From a virus, in the IMG/VR virus record IMGVR_UViG_3300046008_000291, positions 64,001 through 128,000 of that record: 64,000 nucleotides of DNA; one strand, written 5' to 3'. The notes below the pieces were generated by a model. It worked only from the letters and a program-made list of their open reading frames with translations, did not search any database and had not been told where the DNA came from. Each line of letters opens with the position of its first letter. Positions within the stretch are counted from its first letter, which is position 1. The position numbers and the translations under genes are program-made. Of this stretch, positions 19,162 through 29,432 are shown one piece after another.

Positions 19162-19743
19162 CTATAATAGTATTGAAAAAGCAAATGCTCGCTTTTTCGT
19201 AATTAGTTCTTCGTTAACGGCTTCACCATTAACAACATATACTCCACTTGCACCAGCGCCAGGAGTTGCTGCATATACTACAGTAGCGCCAGCGACTGCT
19301 GTTGGTGCAACTGCGGTATTATTAATTTGTATATTACCACCAAATTTTACATTTCCTACGTTTGCTAAAATTGTATAGCCATTAGTATTTAAATTGCCAC
19401 CAAGTGCAGGAGCTAAATCATCTATTAATATTGTGCTACCACTGGTTGACGATGTTATAACTGAGTAAGTCGATCCATCATTGGTCAACTCCCATTTGTT
19501 AATTGACTCATTCCAGCGTAACGCAACGTTGGCTAATGAGCCACGAGCAACAGCAATACCAGCAGTACCTAATGTAACGCCAGCGCCTGTTTCACCATCA
19601 TTGAGAACAATAACATTATCTTTTAACGTAGTGTTAGTTGTTTCGATTGCAGTTTGTGAACCTTGTACTGTTAAATTGCCTGTGATGATAACATCTGTGG
19701 TGTCAATTGTGTACGAGGTGTTAAGTTTTTTAACAGCGGCCAT
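19162..19743 (-). CDS. Virion structural protein
   Basis: 193 aa; ITGNLTVQG...DNVIVLN.GE...RWNE motif also begins the 2334-aa fibre. Confidence 0.65.
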   Translation of the reverse strand: MAAVKKLNTSYTIDTTDVIITGNLTVQGSQTAIETTNTTLKDNVIVLNDGETGAGVTLGTAGIAVARGSLANVALRWNESINKWELTNDGSTYSVITSSTSGSTILIDDLAPALGGNLNTNGYTILANVGNVKFGGNIQINNTAVAPTAVAGATVVYAATPGAGASGVYVVNGEAVNEELITKKRAFAFSILL

Positions 19744-19763
19744 TTAAATATCCTAGTTTCTAT

Positions 19764-19771
19764 TATTTATG
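19764..19771 (-). promoter_or_regulatory. Late promoter (CATAAATA)
   Basis: Lies between the terminator at 19793-19823 and the ATG at 19743. Confidence 0.6.
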
Positions 19772-19792
19772 CTAATTGTAGATAGTATAGTC

Positions 19793-19823
19793 AAAAAAAT
19801 AACAGCCGAAGCTGTTATTTTTA
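19793..19823 (-). terminator. Rho-independent terminator with cUUCGg tetraloop
   Basis: Minus strand AAAATAACAGC-TTCG-GCTGTTATTTTTTT after the 19836-20783 gene. Confidence 0.88.
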
Positions 19824-19835
19824 CTTTGACTAAAA

Positions 19836-20783
19836 TTAGTCGTTTGATGAAATTTTAACTGTTGTGCCTGCTACTGCAGCACCGGTTGAAGTCCATCTAG
19901 CATGGCTGTTTGCAGTAAACTGTACACCTGCACTATATCCGTCAACTGCTGCTGGGAATAATAATGCAGTACGTGATTCAAGTTTACCAACCAAGTAAGC
20001 ACCGTTATCAGAATCAAATGCTGTAAGGGTCATTTCGCCTGCGGCTGTTGGGCCATTAGCGGCAACAACTTGCGCTACTGTTGGACTATTAACACCATTA
20101 ACCCCTGTTGGAACTAAACGAACTACCGCAGTACCGTCAGTATTAGTAACTCTGTAACGACGTGATGAACGTTGTGAAACGATATCAGCTAGTGAACCAA
20201 TTGTAGCACCAGTAATCCATGCATTAGCTTGGATTGTATTAGCTGTAACTGTAGTTGCAGCTAAAACTGCTGTTAATGAACCTGCAGATCCAATATCACC
20301 AAAGCTAATTAATGTTGTACTTGTTGCGCTAGTATTAGCGGCACTCATTGTAACATTACCTGTGCCGATAGCTGTGATTGTAGTAGTTGCTGCAAATGCT
20401 GTATTTGCGGCCATACCGACAAATAAACCTACAGTAGTTGAAACTGTTAGTACATTTGAACCAGTGATACCACCGCCAGTTACAACAACGTTAGCTGGTT
20501 TAACTAATGTAATTACCGGTGCAGTTGTGTAACCAGTACCTGCTGTTGTAACACTAGCTGTATCGATACGACCGTTAGCTGTACTAACTGCATCGACTGT
20601 CACTCTGGCAACTGTGCCACCGATTGGGCTAAGTGCCACTGTAGCTGTTAAACCTTGTGAGTAGTTTGTACCACGGTTTGTGTAAGTAATACTCGAAATA
20701 CCTTCACCACCTGCAGCACTGTATGTTAAACCATCATTAACATTATCTGAACCAAAAAACTTTTTCTTAATAGGACGTCCCAT
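19836..20783 (-). CDS. Virion structural protein next to the major capsid gene (possible head decoration)
   Basis: 315 aa starting MGRPIKKKFFG; beta-rich; has its own late promoter, AAGGAG RBS and terminator. Confidence 0.6.
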   Translation of the reverse strand: MGRPIKKKFFGSDNVNDGLTYSAAGGEGISSITYTNRGTNYSQGLTATVALSPIGGTVARVTVDAVSTANGRIDTASVTTAGTGYTTAPVITLVKPANVVVTGGGITGSNVLTVSTTVGLFVGMAANTAFAATTTITAIGTGNVTMSAANTSATSTTLISFGDIGSAGSLTAVLAATTVTANTIQANAWITGATIGSLADIVSQRSSRRYRVTNTDGTAVVRLVPTGVNGVNSPTVAQVVAANGPTAAGEMTLTAFDSDNGAYLVGKLESRTALLFPAAVDGYSAGVQFTANSHARWTSTGAAVAGTTVKISSND

Positions 20784-20864
20784 TTGTTTCTCCTTGTATA
20801 GTTAGCGTTCTAACGCCTACGCAGTGGGTTACTGCATAAACTCTCATTCAAGAGCGAACAAATA

Positions 20865-20872
20865 TATTTATC
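20865..20872 (-). promoter_or_regulatory. Late promoter (GATAAATA) preceding a structured 76-nt leader
   Basis: TAAATA core just downstream of the gp23 terminator. Confidence 0.65.
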
Positions 20873-20894
20873 GTTTTTAATTTTTATAGCCAAC

Positions 20895-20920
20895 AAAAAA
20901 GCCCCTTACGGGGCTTTTTA
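20895..20920 (-). terminator. Rho-independent terminator of the capsid operon
   Basis: AAAAAAGCCCC-TTAC-GGGGCTTTTT, with A/T tracts on both sides. Confidence 0.9.
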
Positions 20921-20946
20921 TTTTCATATCCTACTAAGAATAAATC

Positions 20947-22125
20947 TTATTGGAATGATAAGTTTGCTACAGTGATTTTTTCTAAGTAGTCAGCTGCATT
21001 ACCAAGAGATGATGCAGTGTTACTTAATTCAACATAACCATAACGTGTCATAAAGCCCACTACTGGTTCAAAAGTAGCTGGATCTAACACAACGCCACTG
21101 CTCATTAATGGAACGTATGGGCAGTAGAACGCTGCTGCGTCTGATTCTGAAGAACCTTTGTAACCAACCAACACTGTGTCGTTTGAAGCGTATGTGTTAA
21201 CATAGATCTTCATAGCACTATTTAAAGTACCAACGAATTTTGTGTTTGTAGGAGCTTCAAATGTACCTTCTGTACTACGAGCAAAAGCTGAAGTAGTTGC
21301 AGATTGTAACACTGTTAAAGCTGATGGACTTACAACAGCCCAGTTACCAGCGCCACGACGTGTACGTTGTGCAATTTTGTTAGCACTACGGTTGATTAAA
21401 ACAGCTAAAGCAGCGTGTTCGTCACCAACGAATGTAGCAGTACCAGAAACAGTAGCTTGGTTGTAGTTGTCAGTTGCTGTAGAAGCTAATGCTGCCAATG
21501 AACCTAGAACTTCTTGGTCAATTTCAACAGTAATTTCTTGAGCCAAAGCTGCCATGATTTCTGCTTCAACATCTAAACCGTGCATAGATTGTGCATCTTG
21601 CGCAGCTTCAAATGTCCAACGAGCAGACAATTTACGTGTTTTAGCTTCAACAACTTGTTTCAAGATTTGAACGTTGATACGGTTACCTGGAACACCTTCT
21701 AGTGAGCTAGTTGAAGCTGCTGCACCTGTTGATGTTTTGCTTGAGTAAGCTGTAGCAATGTTGAATGGGCTTAATGCTTCTTGGCCTGGAGTTGCTGCGT
21801 CGCCGCCTAATGAACCAGCAGCTTGTGAATCTGCATAACGCACACGTAATGTGTGAATTTGTGCAACTGGACCAGTCATTGGTTGTACGCCAACGATTTC
21901 GTTAGCGATAACTGTTGGCATTACACGACGAATTACTGGAAGAATAACGCGGTTTAGTGTAGCAACATTACCTACTGCTGTTGCACCAGCTGAAGCGTTT
22001 TCAACTAAGTGTTTACGTGTGTTTTCTAAGATTACGGACATTGTAGAACGTTTTGAACCTTGTAGACCTTCTAACAGGGCATCCTTAGTTTCGTTCCAAC
22101 GGCCTTCTAATAGTTGGGTTGTCAT
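20947..22125 (-). CDS. gp23: Major capsid protein
   Basis: VGVQPMTGPVAQIHTLR, VEAKTRKLSARWTFEAAQD..SMHGLDVEAEIMAALAQEI..EIDQE, FYCPYVPL, GFMTRYG. Confidence 0.97.
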   Translation of the reverse strand: MTTQLLEGRWNETKDALLEGLQGSKRSTMSVILENTRKHLVENASAGATAVGNVATLNRVILPVIRRVMPTVIANEIVGVQPMTGPVAQIHTLRVRYADSQAAGSLGGDAATPGQEALSPFNIATAYSSKTSTGAAASTSSLEGVPGNRINVQILKQVVEAKTRKLSARWTFEAAQDAQSMHGLDVEAEIMAALAQEITVEIDQEVLGSLAALASTATDNYNQATVSGTATFVGDEHAALAVLINRSANKIAQRTRRGAGNWAVVSPSALTVLQSATTSAFARSTEGTFEAPTNTKFVGTLNSAMKIYVNTYASNDTVLVGYKGSSESDAAAFYCPYVPLMSSGVVLDPATFEPVVGFMTRYGYVELSNTASSLGNAADYLEKITVANLSFQ

Positions 22126-22155
22126 TTCTTTATTTTCCTTTTATAAGTTTTTGTA

Positions 22156-23256
22156 TTACTTTAGCCCTGCTAAACGTTTTAGTTCAACAACGTTGTTGTT
22201 GGTTTCTAAATTTACTGTTTTAGCAGATTTATCACCAGTTACTTCTACACGACTCTCAGCTAGTACAGACTTTTCAGCCTTTACCGGTGCTTGTGAATTG
22301 TTTAAAACTGCTGGTAGATACTTGTCGTATGCAGATTGCAATTTTGCTGTTTGCACACCTTCGAGTAGGCTGGCCATTACGCCGGCTTTCTCTTTATTTA
22401 ATGTTTTTAGTAATCCATTAAGTGTGTCCTTACGGTTAACACTTTCAGTAATTACACGTACTTCACGGTTTTTTGACTCAACTAATGCTTGTTTTTCCGC
22501 AATTACTTTTTTGCTTTCAGCTAAATCAGCTTTAACAGCTTCAATAGTTTGATGCAATTTAGCAATTTCTTTGTTCTCATTTAAATGAGTTACTGAGAAT
22601 TCGCTAGCAAATGCTTCGAATAAGCGACGACCAAACATGTTCTCACGAGCACTTTGGATGTCTTCTTTTAATTGGGTCAGTTCTGTGCCTAGATTTTGTG
22701 CTACTGATTCTTTAACAAGTTTAGCTGAACGTGCAACAAAAGCTTCTTGTAGTTTTGCTAATTTTTCTTTAGCTTCTGCTACTAGTTTAACTTTAGTTTC
22801 AACAACTGCTTTCTTGTCAGCATCGAACTCTTTGATTTCTTCAGCTAACGCTTTGATAACAAATTTTTCTAACTTAGCAGTTGCTTCGTTTTGAACTTTG
22901 CGATCTGTGCGTAATTCTTTGATTTCTTCAGCTAATTTATTAACTAAAAAGTTGTTAAATTTGCTGGCGCTTTCAACCATGTGACGTTTAAATTTCACGC
23001 GGTCTTCTGCAAGAGCTTGTTTCTCATTGGCGAACTCATTAAGTTCGGCAGTAAGACTTTCAGTAACCATTTTGTCTAGAGCTTCAACCATTACTTGTTT
23101 GTCATGAGTGTAGCGACCTGCAAACTCTTCGCGCAATTCTGCACGAACTTGTTCACGAGCCTCATTAATTTGTGATTCCCAAGCTTCGGTAATAGCTGCT
23201 TGAGTATCTTCGTTAATGATGCCACTATCTAACAATGGCTTGATAGCTGTTAACAT
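22156..23256 (-). CDS. gp22: Prohead core scaffold protein
   Basis: Coiled-coil, E/K/A-rich; lies between gp21 and gp23; ends LKRLAGLK. Confidence 0.85.
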   Translation of the reverse strand: MLTAIKPLLDSGIINEDTQAAITEAWESQINEAREQVRAELREEFAGRYTHDKQVMVEALDKMVTESLTAELNEFANEKQALAEDRVKFKRHMVESASKFNNFLVNKLAEEIKELRTDRKVQNEATAKLEKFVIKALAEEIKEFDADKKAVVETKVKLVAEAKEKLAKLQEAFVARSAKLVKESVAQNLGTELTQLKEDIQSARENMFGRRLFEAFASEFSVTHLNENKEIAKLHQTIEAVKADLAESKKVIAEKQALVESKNREVRVITESVNRKDTLNGLLKTLNKEKAGVMASLLEGVQTAKLQSAYDKYLPAVLNNSQAPVKAEKSVLAESRVEVTGDKSAKTVNLETNNNVVELKRLAGLK

Positions 23257-23265
23257 ACTGATCTC

Positions 23266-23907
23266 CTATTTTAATTTTAAATCTTTAATCAAGCGTGTAA
23301 CCTGCTCTTTTAAATATTTTTGTACCTTTTGATCTGCGCTAGCTTCTTTTGCCATTTCGAATACCTTGTGTCCGCCACGCATATTCAACAGTCCTTCGTA
23401 AATCGCTGTTGGGTATGCATTAGGAGCACTAGGTTGCGCAACTACATCTACTGTGACTATTTCAAAGTCACTCACTTGGCCGTTACTTTCGCTAACGTTG
23501 CCGCTACCTCTAGAACTAACACCAAGTTTAACTCCACTTTCCAACATTGTTTCTACTAACTTACCCATTGGAGTAGGGAGAACCTTTAATTTACCAAAGC
23601 CGTTAGGACCGTCCATCCACATATCTGTAATCATGTGACTTACACGGTCCAAATTAATTTTCAAATCATCTGGGTGATCTACTTCGCCTAAGACGCTGTA
23701 GCCACCCTTGATTTGTTCATTAATGTTTGTTACGGCATTGCTAATTTCATTTACTGGATACACTCGTTCGTTGTGGTTTTTAACGCCACCTTGAATGAAT
23801 ATGCCTTTCATATAAAGATTCTTACCTTTACCGTCATGACTATCTTCTGTCAGAATTTCCATTCTAGCATTGTCAAAGGTTAAGTTTTCTTTTAAGTATG
23901 AAGCCAT
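23266..23907 (-). CDS. gp21: Prohead protease
   Basis: GIFIQGGVKNHNERVYP, LGEVDHP, VSHMI, LGVSSRGSG, DVVAQPSAPNAYP. Confidence 0.96.
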   Translation of the reverse strand: MASYLKENLTFDNARMEILTEDSHDGKGKNLYMKGIFIQGGVKNHNERVYPVNEISNAVTNINEQIKGGYSVLGEVDHPDDLKINLDRVSHMITDMWMDGPNGFGKLKVLPTPMGKLVETMLESGVKLGVSSRGSGNVSESNGQVSDFEIVTVDVVAQPSAPNAYPTAIYEGLLNMRGGHKVFEMAKEASADQKVQKYLKEQVTRLIKDLKLK

Positions 23908-23921
23908 TGTAGTATCCTAAA

Positions 23922-24710
23922 TTATTTTGCTACTGGACTATTTGTACTTGTTGGTGCTTGTGCAGCAGGTGCTTTTTCTTTCTTAGCAAATGCATTACCA
24001 GCTTTACCACCAGGAACATTAATATTACCCATGTTATTTACTGTTGGTTTTTTAACTGTACCACCGTTCTCTGTACCACCGCGTACGATGTTAGCAGATG
24101 AACCGCCCATATCATTTTTCTTAGCTACTGTAGATTGTTTGTTGTCAGCACCTTCAGTATTTGATGGAGCAGCTACTTTTTCTACATATTCACGAACGAT
24201 AGATTCTTCAACTTCTTCTTCTTCGTCTTCTTCTGTGTCACATTCTTCAGCTTCCATGAATTCAGCTGGCGCTTCTTCTTCGCCGCCAAACATATCAGCA
24301 TGCTCTGGTTCGTTTTCTTCGCCAGCCATTAAAGCATCAAATTCAGCTTTAAGTTCGTCTAATGCTGACTCTAAATCATCAACACGTGTTTCAACGTCGC
24401 CGTGCTCTTCTTCATGTGAATCTAAATCACCTGAGTTGTCGAAATCGTTTTCTATTTCGCTGTCATCGCTGTCCATTTCAAATTCGCCAGCGCCTTCTTC
24501 ATCTTCTTCGCTGATACCTTGTTCATCGATAGTAACTTCATCCATGTAACCTTGTACTTTGTTTCCGCCTACTTCGTCTAAATCTGTTTCGTCGATTAGG
24601 CTTTCATAAATGTCACGTGATTTCTCAACAACGATGTTGTGGAATAATTCGCGAGCCTTATCAGTTTCATCATTAATGATGTGTTCTATTAACTGTTCAT
24701 ACTTGTTCAT
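23922..24710 (-). CDS. Highly acidic prohead core / internal protein (gp67/gp68-like position)
   Basis: Very D/E-rich; lies between portal and gp21. Confidence 0.6.
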   Translation of the reverse strand: MNKYEQLIEHIINDETDKARELFHNIVVEKSRDIYESLIDETDLDEVGGNKVQGYMDEVTIDEQGISEEDEEGAGEFEMDSDDSEIENDFDNSGDLDSHEEEHGDVETRVDDLESALDELKAEFDALMAGEENEPEHADMFGGEEEAPAEFMEAEECDTEEDEEEEVEESIVREYVEKVAAPSNTEGADNKQSTVAKKNDMGGSSANIVRGGTENGGTVKKPTVNNMGNINVPGGKAGNAFAKKEKAPAAQAPTSTNSPVAK

Positions 24711-24773
24711 AAAGAACTCCTTAAATTGTGTCTGTCTAGGTGAGATTTACGTTACGTAATATCTCTGTAATAT

Positions 24774-24780
24774 TATTTAC
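24774..24780 (-). promoter_or_regulatory. Late promoter (GTAAATA)
   Basis: About 65 nt upstream of ATG 24710; the leader contains a hairpin and AAGGAG. Confidence 0.6.
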
Positions 24781-24837
24781 TGGTTTATTGAAAAATTGAA
24801 GTTAAATGCGTGTTTTTTGATTGATTCTTGTTGATAA

Positions 24838-25062
24838 CTACCCCAGTGGAGCAACTTCCGCCGGTTTGTATTGTGATCTTACTCGTTCTAAATCTTGCTC
24901 TTTTTCTAATCTACGTACATCATTCATAATACGTAAACGATGCAACTGTGTTAATGTTAATTTAGTTTTACGCAGATCAGACAACTTTAAAGGAGTGTTA
25001 TCCTCTTTTTCAGTCTGGTGCTGTTGCACTAATTCAGAATTAAATATTTCAAGTAGATTCAT
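24838..25062 (-). CDS. Small conserved-looking head-cluster protein
   Basis: 74 aa (RKTKLTLTQLHRLRIMNDVR) downstream of the portal. Confidence 0.65.
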   Translation of the reverse strand: MNLLEIFNSELVQQHQTEKEDNTPLKLSDLRKTKLTLTQLHRLRIMNDVRRLEKEQDLERVRSQYKPAEVAPLG

Positions 25063-25082
25063 AATATTATTTACCTAAAATA

Positions 25083-26798
25083 TTATAAACCTGGAGGTGC
25101 TGTAGGTGTTACTGGTACTGCTGGCTGATTTCCTGTTGCAGGTAATGCACCTGGTTCTACTCCTGGAGCTGGTTCTGCAGTTAAATCAGGCATTTCTAAA
25201 TTACTCATGTCACTTTCAATTCCAGCTGGTGTAACATCAACTGCACGTAATCCAGCATCAGTATCAGCCACACCAGGAGTTTCGTTATGCTCTTCATCCC
25301 ATAAATCACTGTTACGTTGCATTTCTTCTTCGCTCAGATCTAAATAACGCTCTAATAGGAAACGTTTACTTAGATAAGGTGTTTGCTCCAATGATGTAAA
25401 TGCCTGTATACGTGCCGCATCTACTTCTGCTTGGCGATATTTGGCAAAGTTTTGTGGTTCATTAAAGCGCAATTCAAATAGCTGACCATCAATGTTAATG
25501 CCTCTCCAACGCATGAACATTTTAAACTCGTTGTCTAGTTTTTCAACTATCATAGTTTGTAAACGCATACAATATTGATTAAAACGCCATTCTTGGATTA
25601 GTGCTGTAGTCGACTTACCGTCGTTAAATGTAGATGAACTGTCATCACTGCCCGTGGGCAAATAGCTGCTAGGAATACGCAAGCCACGGAACATTTTGTT
25701 AGTGAAGAAACGTAAGTCTGTAATTTCACCTAAGTTACTACCGCCTGGTAATGGCTCAACGCTTGATCCACGACCTTCTGCGGTTACTGGAAAGAAAAAG
25801 TCTTCATTTGTGCTTAATGGATTGTAAGTAGCATCCATCATATTTTGTCCGCCACCTGTTTGTGTAGGTATACGACGTTGATGTACTTCATTTTTAATAC
25901 GATCCACAAAGGCCATGGCCATGTGTGTGGGCATATTACCTACGTCAATTTTAAATACACGACGTTCCGGTGCACGTTGTACACGATAGATAATAATAGC
26001 GTCTTCTAACAGTTCTTTTTGTTTAAAGATTTTAAATATGCTTTCAAGAATACTAGTACCAAAAGGCCAGTTTACATCTAAGCCCTCTGTTAGACTAATA
26101 TGCACTACATGTTCTGCATCTAGCACTGCTTCGTTTTGCGCATGACTAAAGCGTGAACCGCCACTATACGGAACATTTGGTTGTACGTATGAACCGGAAC
26201 CACCGCTACCACCTTGTTGCGGGTGATTTGTGTAGGTATCGCTCGAGCTTAATGCTGTCGCAGTTAAGTTTTGAAAGTTAAGATTAAGATTTTTAATTAC
26301 GTATTGTTCTGGCTCTTTGCCTTCTGCTTCGTTAACAATAACTTTGATTACACTGCCCATTTCTGTCCAGTATAATTTAAATGTTTCTGGATCACGTAAG
26401 AATACTTGATCACCATATTTTAATGTATTACGTACAAGTTTAAATAGACGTTTGTTTAATTGATTTAGATTAACCCATTGTAGCAGTTGATCTTTAAGTA
26501 GTTTAACTTCGTTGTCTGTTGGTTTTTCTTTAAAGAATAAATCAAAGCCTGTGCCATTTTCTGTATTTGGCTGTGTGCAGAATTCTGCAATAATATCAAG
26601 AGCAGCATTAACTTCACTGTCCATGTCCATTTGTTCATACTGATTGTAACGCTCAGTACGATTTGGATGGCCAATATACACTTCGGGCAATTGGCTTTGA
26701 TAGTTACGATAGCTCGGATCTGCAGAATTGTTAATTCCACTAATTGGACTTAGTTGTCCGCCAGTGTTTGCAGTTCGGAAGTGCTTTTTCCATGACAT
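25083..26798 (-). CDS. gp20: Portal protein
   Basis: YEQMDMDSEVNAALDIIAE, LLEDAIIIYRVQRAPERRVFKIDVGNMP, EDFFFP...GRGSSVEPLPGG, FFTNKMFRGLRIPSSYL. Confidence 0.96.
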   Translation of the reverse strand: MSWKKHFRTANTGGQLSPISGINNSADPSYRNYQSQLPEVYIGHPNRTERYNQYEQMDMDSEVNAALDIIAEFCTQPNTENGTGFDLFFKEKPTDNEVKLLKDQLLQWVNLNQLNKRLFKLVRNTLKYGDQVFLRDPETFKLYWTEMGSVIKVIVNEAEGKEPEQYVIKNLNLNFQNLTATALSSSDTYTNHPQQGGSGGSGSYVQPNVPYSGGSRFSHAQNEAVLDAEHVVHISLTEGLDVNWPFGTSILESIFKIFKQKELLEDAIIIYRVQRAPERRVFKIDVGNMPTHMAMAFVDRIKNEVHQRRIPTQTGGGQNMMDATYNPLSTNEDFFFPVTAEGRGSSVEPLPGGSNLGEITDLRFFTNKMFRGLRIPSSYLPTGSDDSSSTFNDGKSTTALIQEWRFNQYCMRLQTMIVEKLDNEFKMFMRWRGINIDGQLFELRFNEPQNFAKYRQAEVDAARIQAFTSLEQTPYLSKRFLLERYLDLSEEEMQRNSDLWDEEHNETPGVADTDAGLRAVDVTPAGIESDMSNLEMPDLTAEPAPGVEPGALPATGNQPAVPVTPTAPPGL

Positions 26799-26822
26799 AG
26801 TTATATTCTCTTTACGATAGTG

Positions 26823-26830
26823 TATTTATA
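26823..26830 (-). promoter_or_regulatory. Late promoter TATAAATA for the portal gene
   Basis: Perfect T4 late consensus with the CACTAT extension. Confidence 0.8.
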
Positions 26831-26832
26831 GC

Positions 26833-29400
26833 TTAATAGCTGTTCTGCAATATTCCTGACGATATAGCATTATTTTTTTGCATTGTAGTTAAAATACTTT
26901 GCAACAGAGTAATTTGTTGTTGTTCTGCTGGATTAGCAGTAGCAGAAGGTTTTTCCATAGCTTTTTTAAGTGCTTCAGCATTAGTAGCCGGTATACTATG
27001 TAATTTTGCCTGTTCAGCGGCTAACTGTTGTGCTGACACACTAGTCAACGGTTTAGGTGCAGTTGATTGAGTAGTTGCTCCGGTAGCAGCTGCTGCAACT
27101 GTGCTTGCAGCAGACTCGTCTTTCATAATGGCTTTGCCTAATTTCTCGCCACCTTCACTACCACCCCAGTATCCTAATGCTCCGCCTATTAGCCCGCCAA
27201 CTACTGTACCCACTGGTCCTGCTACTAGTGTACCTAATGCGGCACCAGCTGTGGCACCACCCCAAGCTCCACCGGCGCCTAATGCGGCACTACCAACTAT
27301 ACCGCCTTCTTTTTCGCGTTTTTGACCTTTGGTTAATGTTGCATCATTTTCTGTATCGTAGATATCACTTGCGGCCATAGCAGTTCCAAATACTGCACCA
27401 GCAATACCACCAAATTTTCCAAACGTCTTTGCACTGCTAAGAGCAGATGATGCAGTAGGAGCTTTGGCAAATTTACCCGAGGCATCACGATAACGGCCAT
27501 CTTTATCGTATCCACCTGCGCCTGGGCCGCCTATACCACCTGGCATACCTTTTAGTCCTTTAAGCAACGACGGACCTACTAGTTGCAACACTCCAAGAAT
27601 TGGTGCCGCCAATGAAAGTAGTAAAGATTTCCACGGATTGTTTTCAACCATTGTAGCTAAACTATCTAATGATTCTACAGCTTTAAAGGCAGCTTCGTAT
27701 GATGCTTGAAGAGCTGTACTAAATGAATCTAAATGGGTTAATGCAATTGCTTGCATTCTTACTGCCATTTCTTGTTGTTGTGCCATTAATTCAACAGCTA
27801 CGCCGCCTGCGCCTTTTGCTCCTGCGGCTTGTTCAGCAGCTATTTTAGCTCTTTCTTCTTCGGATTTTGCAAAATTTGCTGAATATTGAGTTGCTCTTAA
27901 ATTTATAGCACTTGCAGCTTGCGCATCGGCACTAGTTGCCATTGCCATGCCTTTATTTGCCATTGCAGCATCGTGGGTCGATTGCATAGTGTCTTTTTGT
28001 AATCGAGCTGTTTGTTCCGCAGACAGTGTGCCATCTTGTGCTGCTTTAAATGTTTTAGTATTAAACTCAGCAATGCCTCTATTAGTTGCTTGTGCTATAG
28101 CAAGGTCTTTACTAATAACACTACCGTAAATCATATTTTCACGGAATGCTCGTTGCTGATCAGCATTCATGTTCATCATCGCATCATTGATGCGTGCTTG
28201 TTCAGTAGCCGATTTGCCATCTAATATCTGTTGGAATGCTAATGTATCGTTATCTTGGCGAAGTTTTTCTTGCTTAGATTTTGTATCTTCTCCGGTTAGA
28301 TCAGACAGCACTTTCATATTTTTTGCATATTCTTGAGTCTGTGCTGCTATTTGTTCGTTTGATGCATTTAGTCTTCTCGAAGGACCAGCCATAATAGCCA
28401 TTGTTGTTGCATACGCATCGGCTTGTTCTTCTAAGCCCATGCCCAGAGCAAACATTCCGTTACGTGCTGCATCGCCGCCTTTTTGCATAGCAGCAGCCAT
28501 ACGTTTACTGCCTTCTGCTACTCCAAGACCCGATCTTGCAAAAGTATCTCTATTTTGAACAACTACTTTAGAAAACTGTTCTAATTTCATACCGGCACTT
28601 AATGCAGTATCGGTCATGCTGATCATACCACCACTATATACTGCTCCAACTGCTGACATCGATTGGAACCCAGCGATTAGTTCCTTAGTTTGTGCAAGCA
28701 TAAACCCAATACCTGCTTTAGCTAGTTCGGATACTGTATTGCTTAATGCACCTAGTGCTTCACCTGCGATTGTGGCACCAATGCCAAATTTACCTACATT
28801 GCCGCCGGCACCAGCTGTTGCAGCACCAAACGATTTCAAAGCGTTTGCGCTACCTTGATTGGCAGTGTTAACTAGATCAACACCAGCAGTCATCATCGAT
28901 GTAGCTACGTCAAATGAATCACCACCGCGTAGTGCTGTAGTAGTTGCACCTTTAAATGCATTAGCGGCACCAACAGTTAGTACCCCAGCCATGTTCCACA
29001 TGCTGTCTTTTAATGCTGCATGAGCTTTATTACGAGCATTTAGTGCTTCAAGATCAGCCTTGGCATCAAGTAGAGCTTGCTTTTTACCTTGATCTGACGT
29101 TTTATTAACTTCGTCTCTGAGAGTATTTAATTGGTCTGATAATTCTTCGGCACTAACTTCGCCTTTGTTGATGCTCTTTTTAAGATCATCCATAGATTTT
29201 TTGATTTCAACAGCCGATTTTTTCATCGTACTATTGAATTTATCAACACCACCTGCTAACTCTAATATCTTTTTCTTGGCTTCAACCCCAGAGAGATTCA
29301 TTTTTTTAGCAACATCTGCATAGATCTCCATTTGAGCTCGTGCTTTTTCTGATGCATTAGCAAGGGCTTCGATCCTCTGGTCTAATTCTTTTTCATCCAT
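26833..29400 (-). CDS. Tape-measure-like protein
   Basis: 855 aa, Ala/Gly-rich alpha-helical, with a hydrophobic glycine-zipper block (GALGAGGAWGGATAGAALG...GGLIGGALGYWGG); adjacent to hub chaperones gp26/gp51. Confidence 0.6.
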   Translation of the reverse strand: MDEKELDQRIEALANASEKARAQMEIYADVAKKMNLSGVEAKKKILELAGGVDKFNSTMKKSAVEIKKSMDDLKKSINKGEVSAEELSDQLNTLRDEVNKTSDQGKKQALLDAKADLEALNARNKAHAALKDSMWNMAGVLTVGAANAFKGATTTALRGGDSFDVATSMMTAGVDLVNTANQGSANALKSFGAATAGAGGNVGKFGIGATIAGEALGALSNTVSELAKAGIGFMLAQTKELIAGFQSMSAVGAVYSGGMISMTDTALSAGMKLEQFSKVVVQNRDTFARSGLGVAEGSKRMAAAMQKGGDAARNGMFALGMGLEEQADAYATTMAIMAGPSRRLNASNEQIAAQTQEYAKNMKVLSDLTGEDTKSKQEKLRQDNDTLAFQQILDGKSATEQARINDAMMNMNADQQRAFRENMIYGSVISKDLAIAQATNRGIAEFNTKTFKAAQDGTLSAEQTARLQKDTMQSTHDAAMANKGMAMATSADAQAASAINLRATQYSANFAKSEEERAKIAAEQAAGAKGAGGVAVELMAQQQEMAVRMQAIALTHLDSFSTALQASYEAAFKAVESLDSLATMVENNPWKSLLLSLAAPILGVLQLVGPSLLKGLKGMPGGIGGPGAGGYDKDGRYRDASGKFAKAPTASSALSSAKTFGKFGGIAGAVFGTAMAASDIYDTENDATLTKGQKREKEGGIVGSAALGAGGAWGGATAGAALGTLVAGPVGTVVGGLIGGALGYWGGSEGGEKLGKAIMKDESAASTVAAAATGATTQSTAPKPLTSVSAQQLAAEQAKLHSIPATNAEALKKAMEKPSATANPAEQQQITLLQSILTTMQKNNAISSGILQNSY

Positions 29401-29410
29401 GGTTTTAACC

Positions 29411-29418
29411 TATAAATA
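29411..29418 (+). promoter_or_regulatory. Late promoter TATAAATA for gp26
   Basis: Perfect consensus on the + strand. Confidence 0.8.
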
Positions 29419-29432
29419 TAGTATATCAATTA

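Noticed and set aside
24031-24549. Serine-rich 172-aa plus-strand ORF
   Set aside because: Antisense of the Glu/Asp-rich core protein gene.
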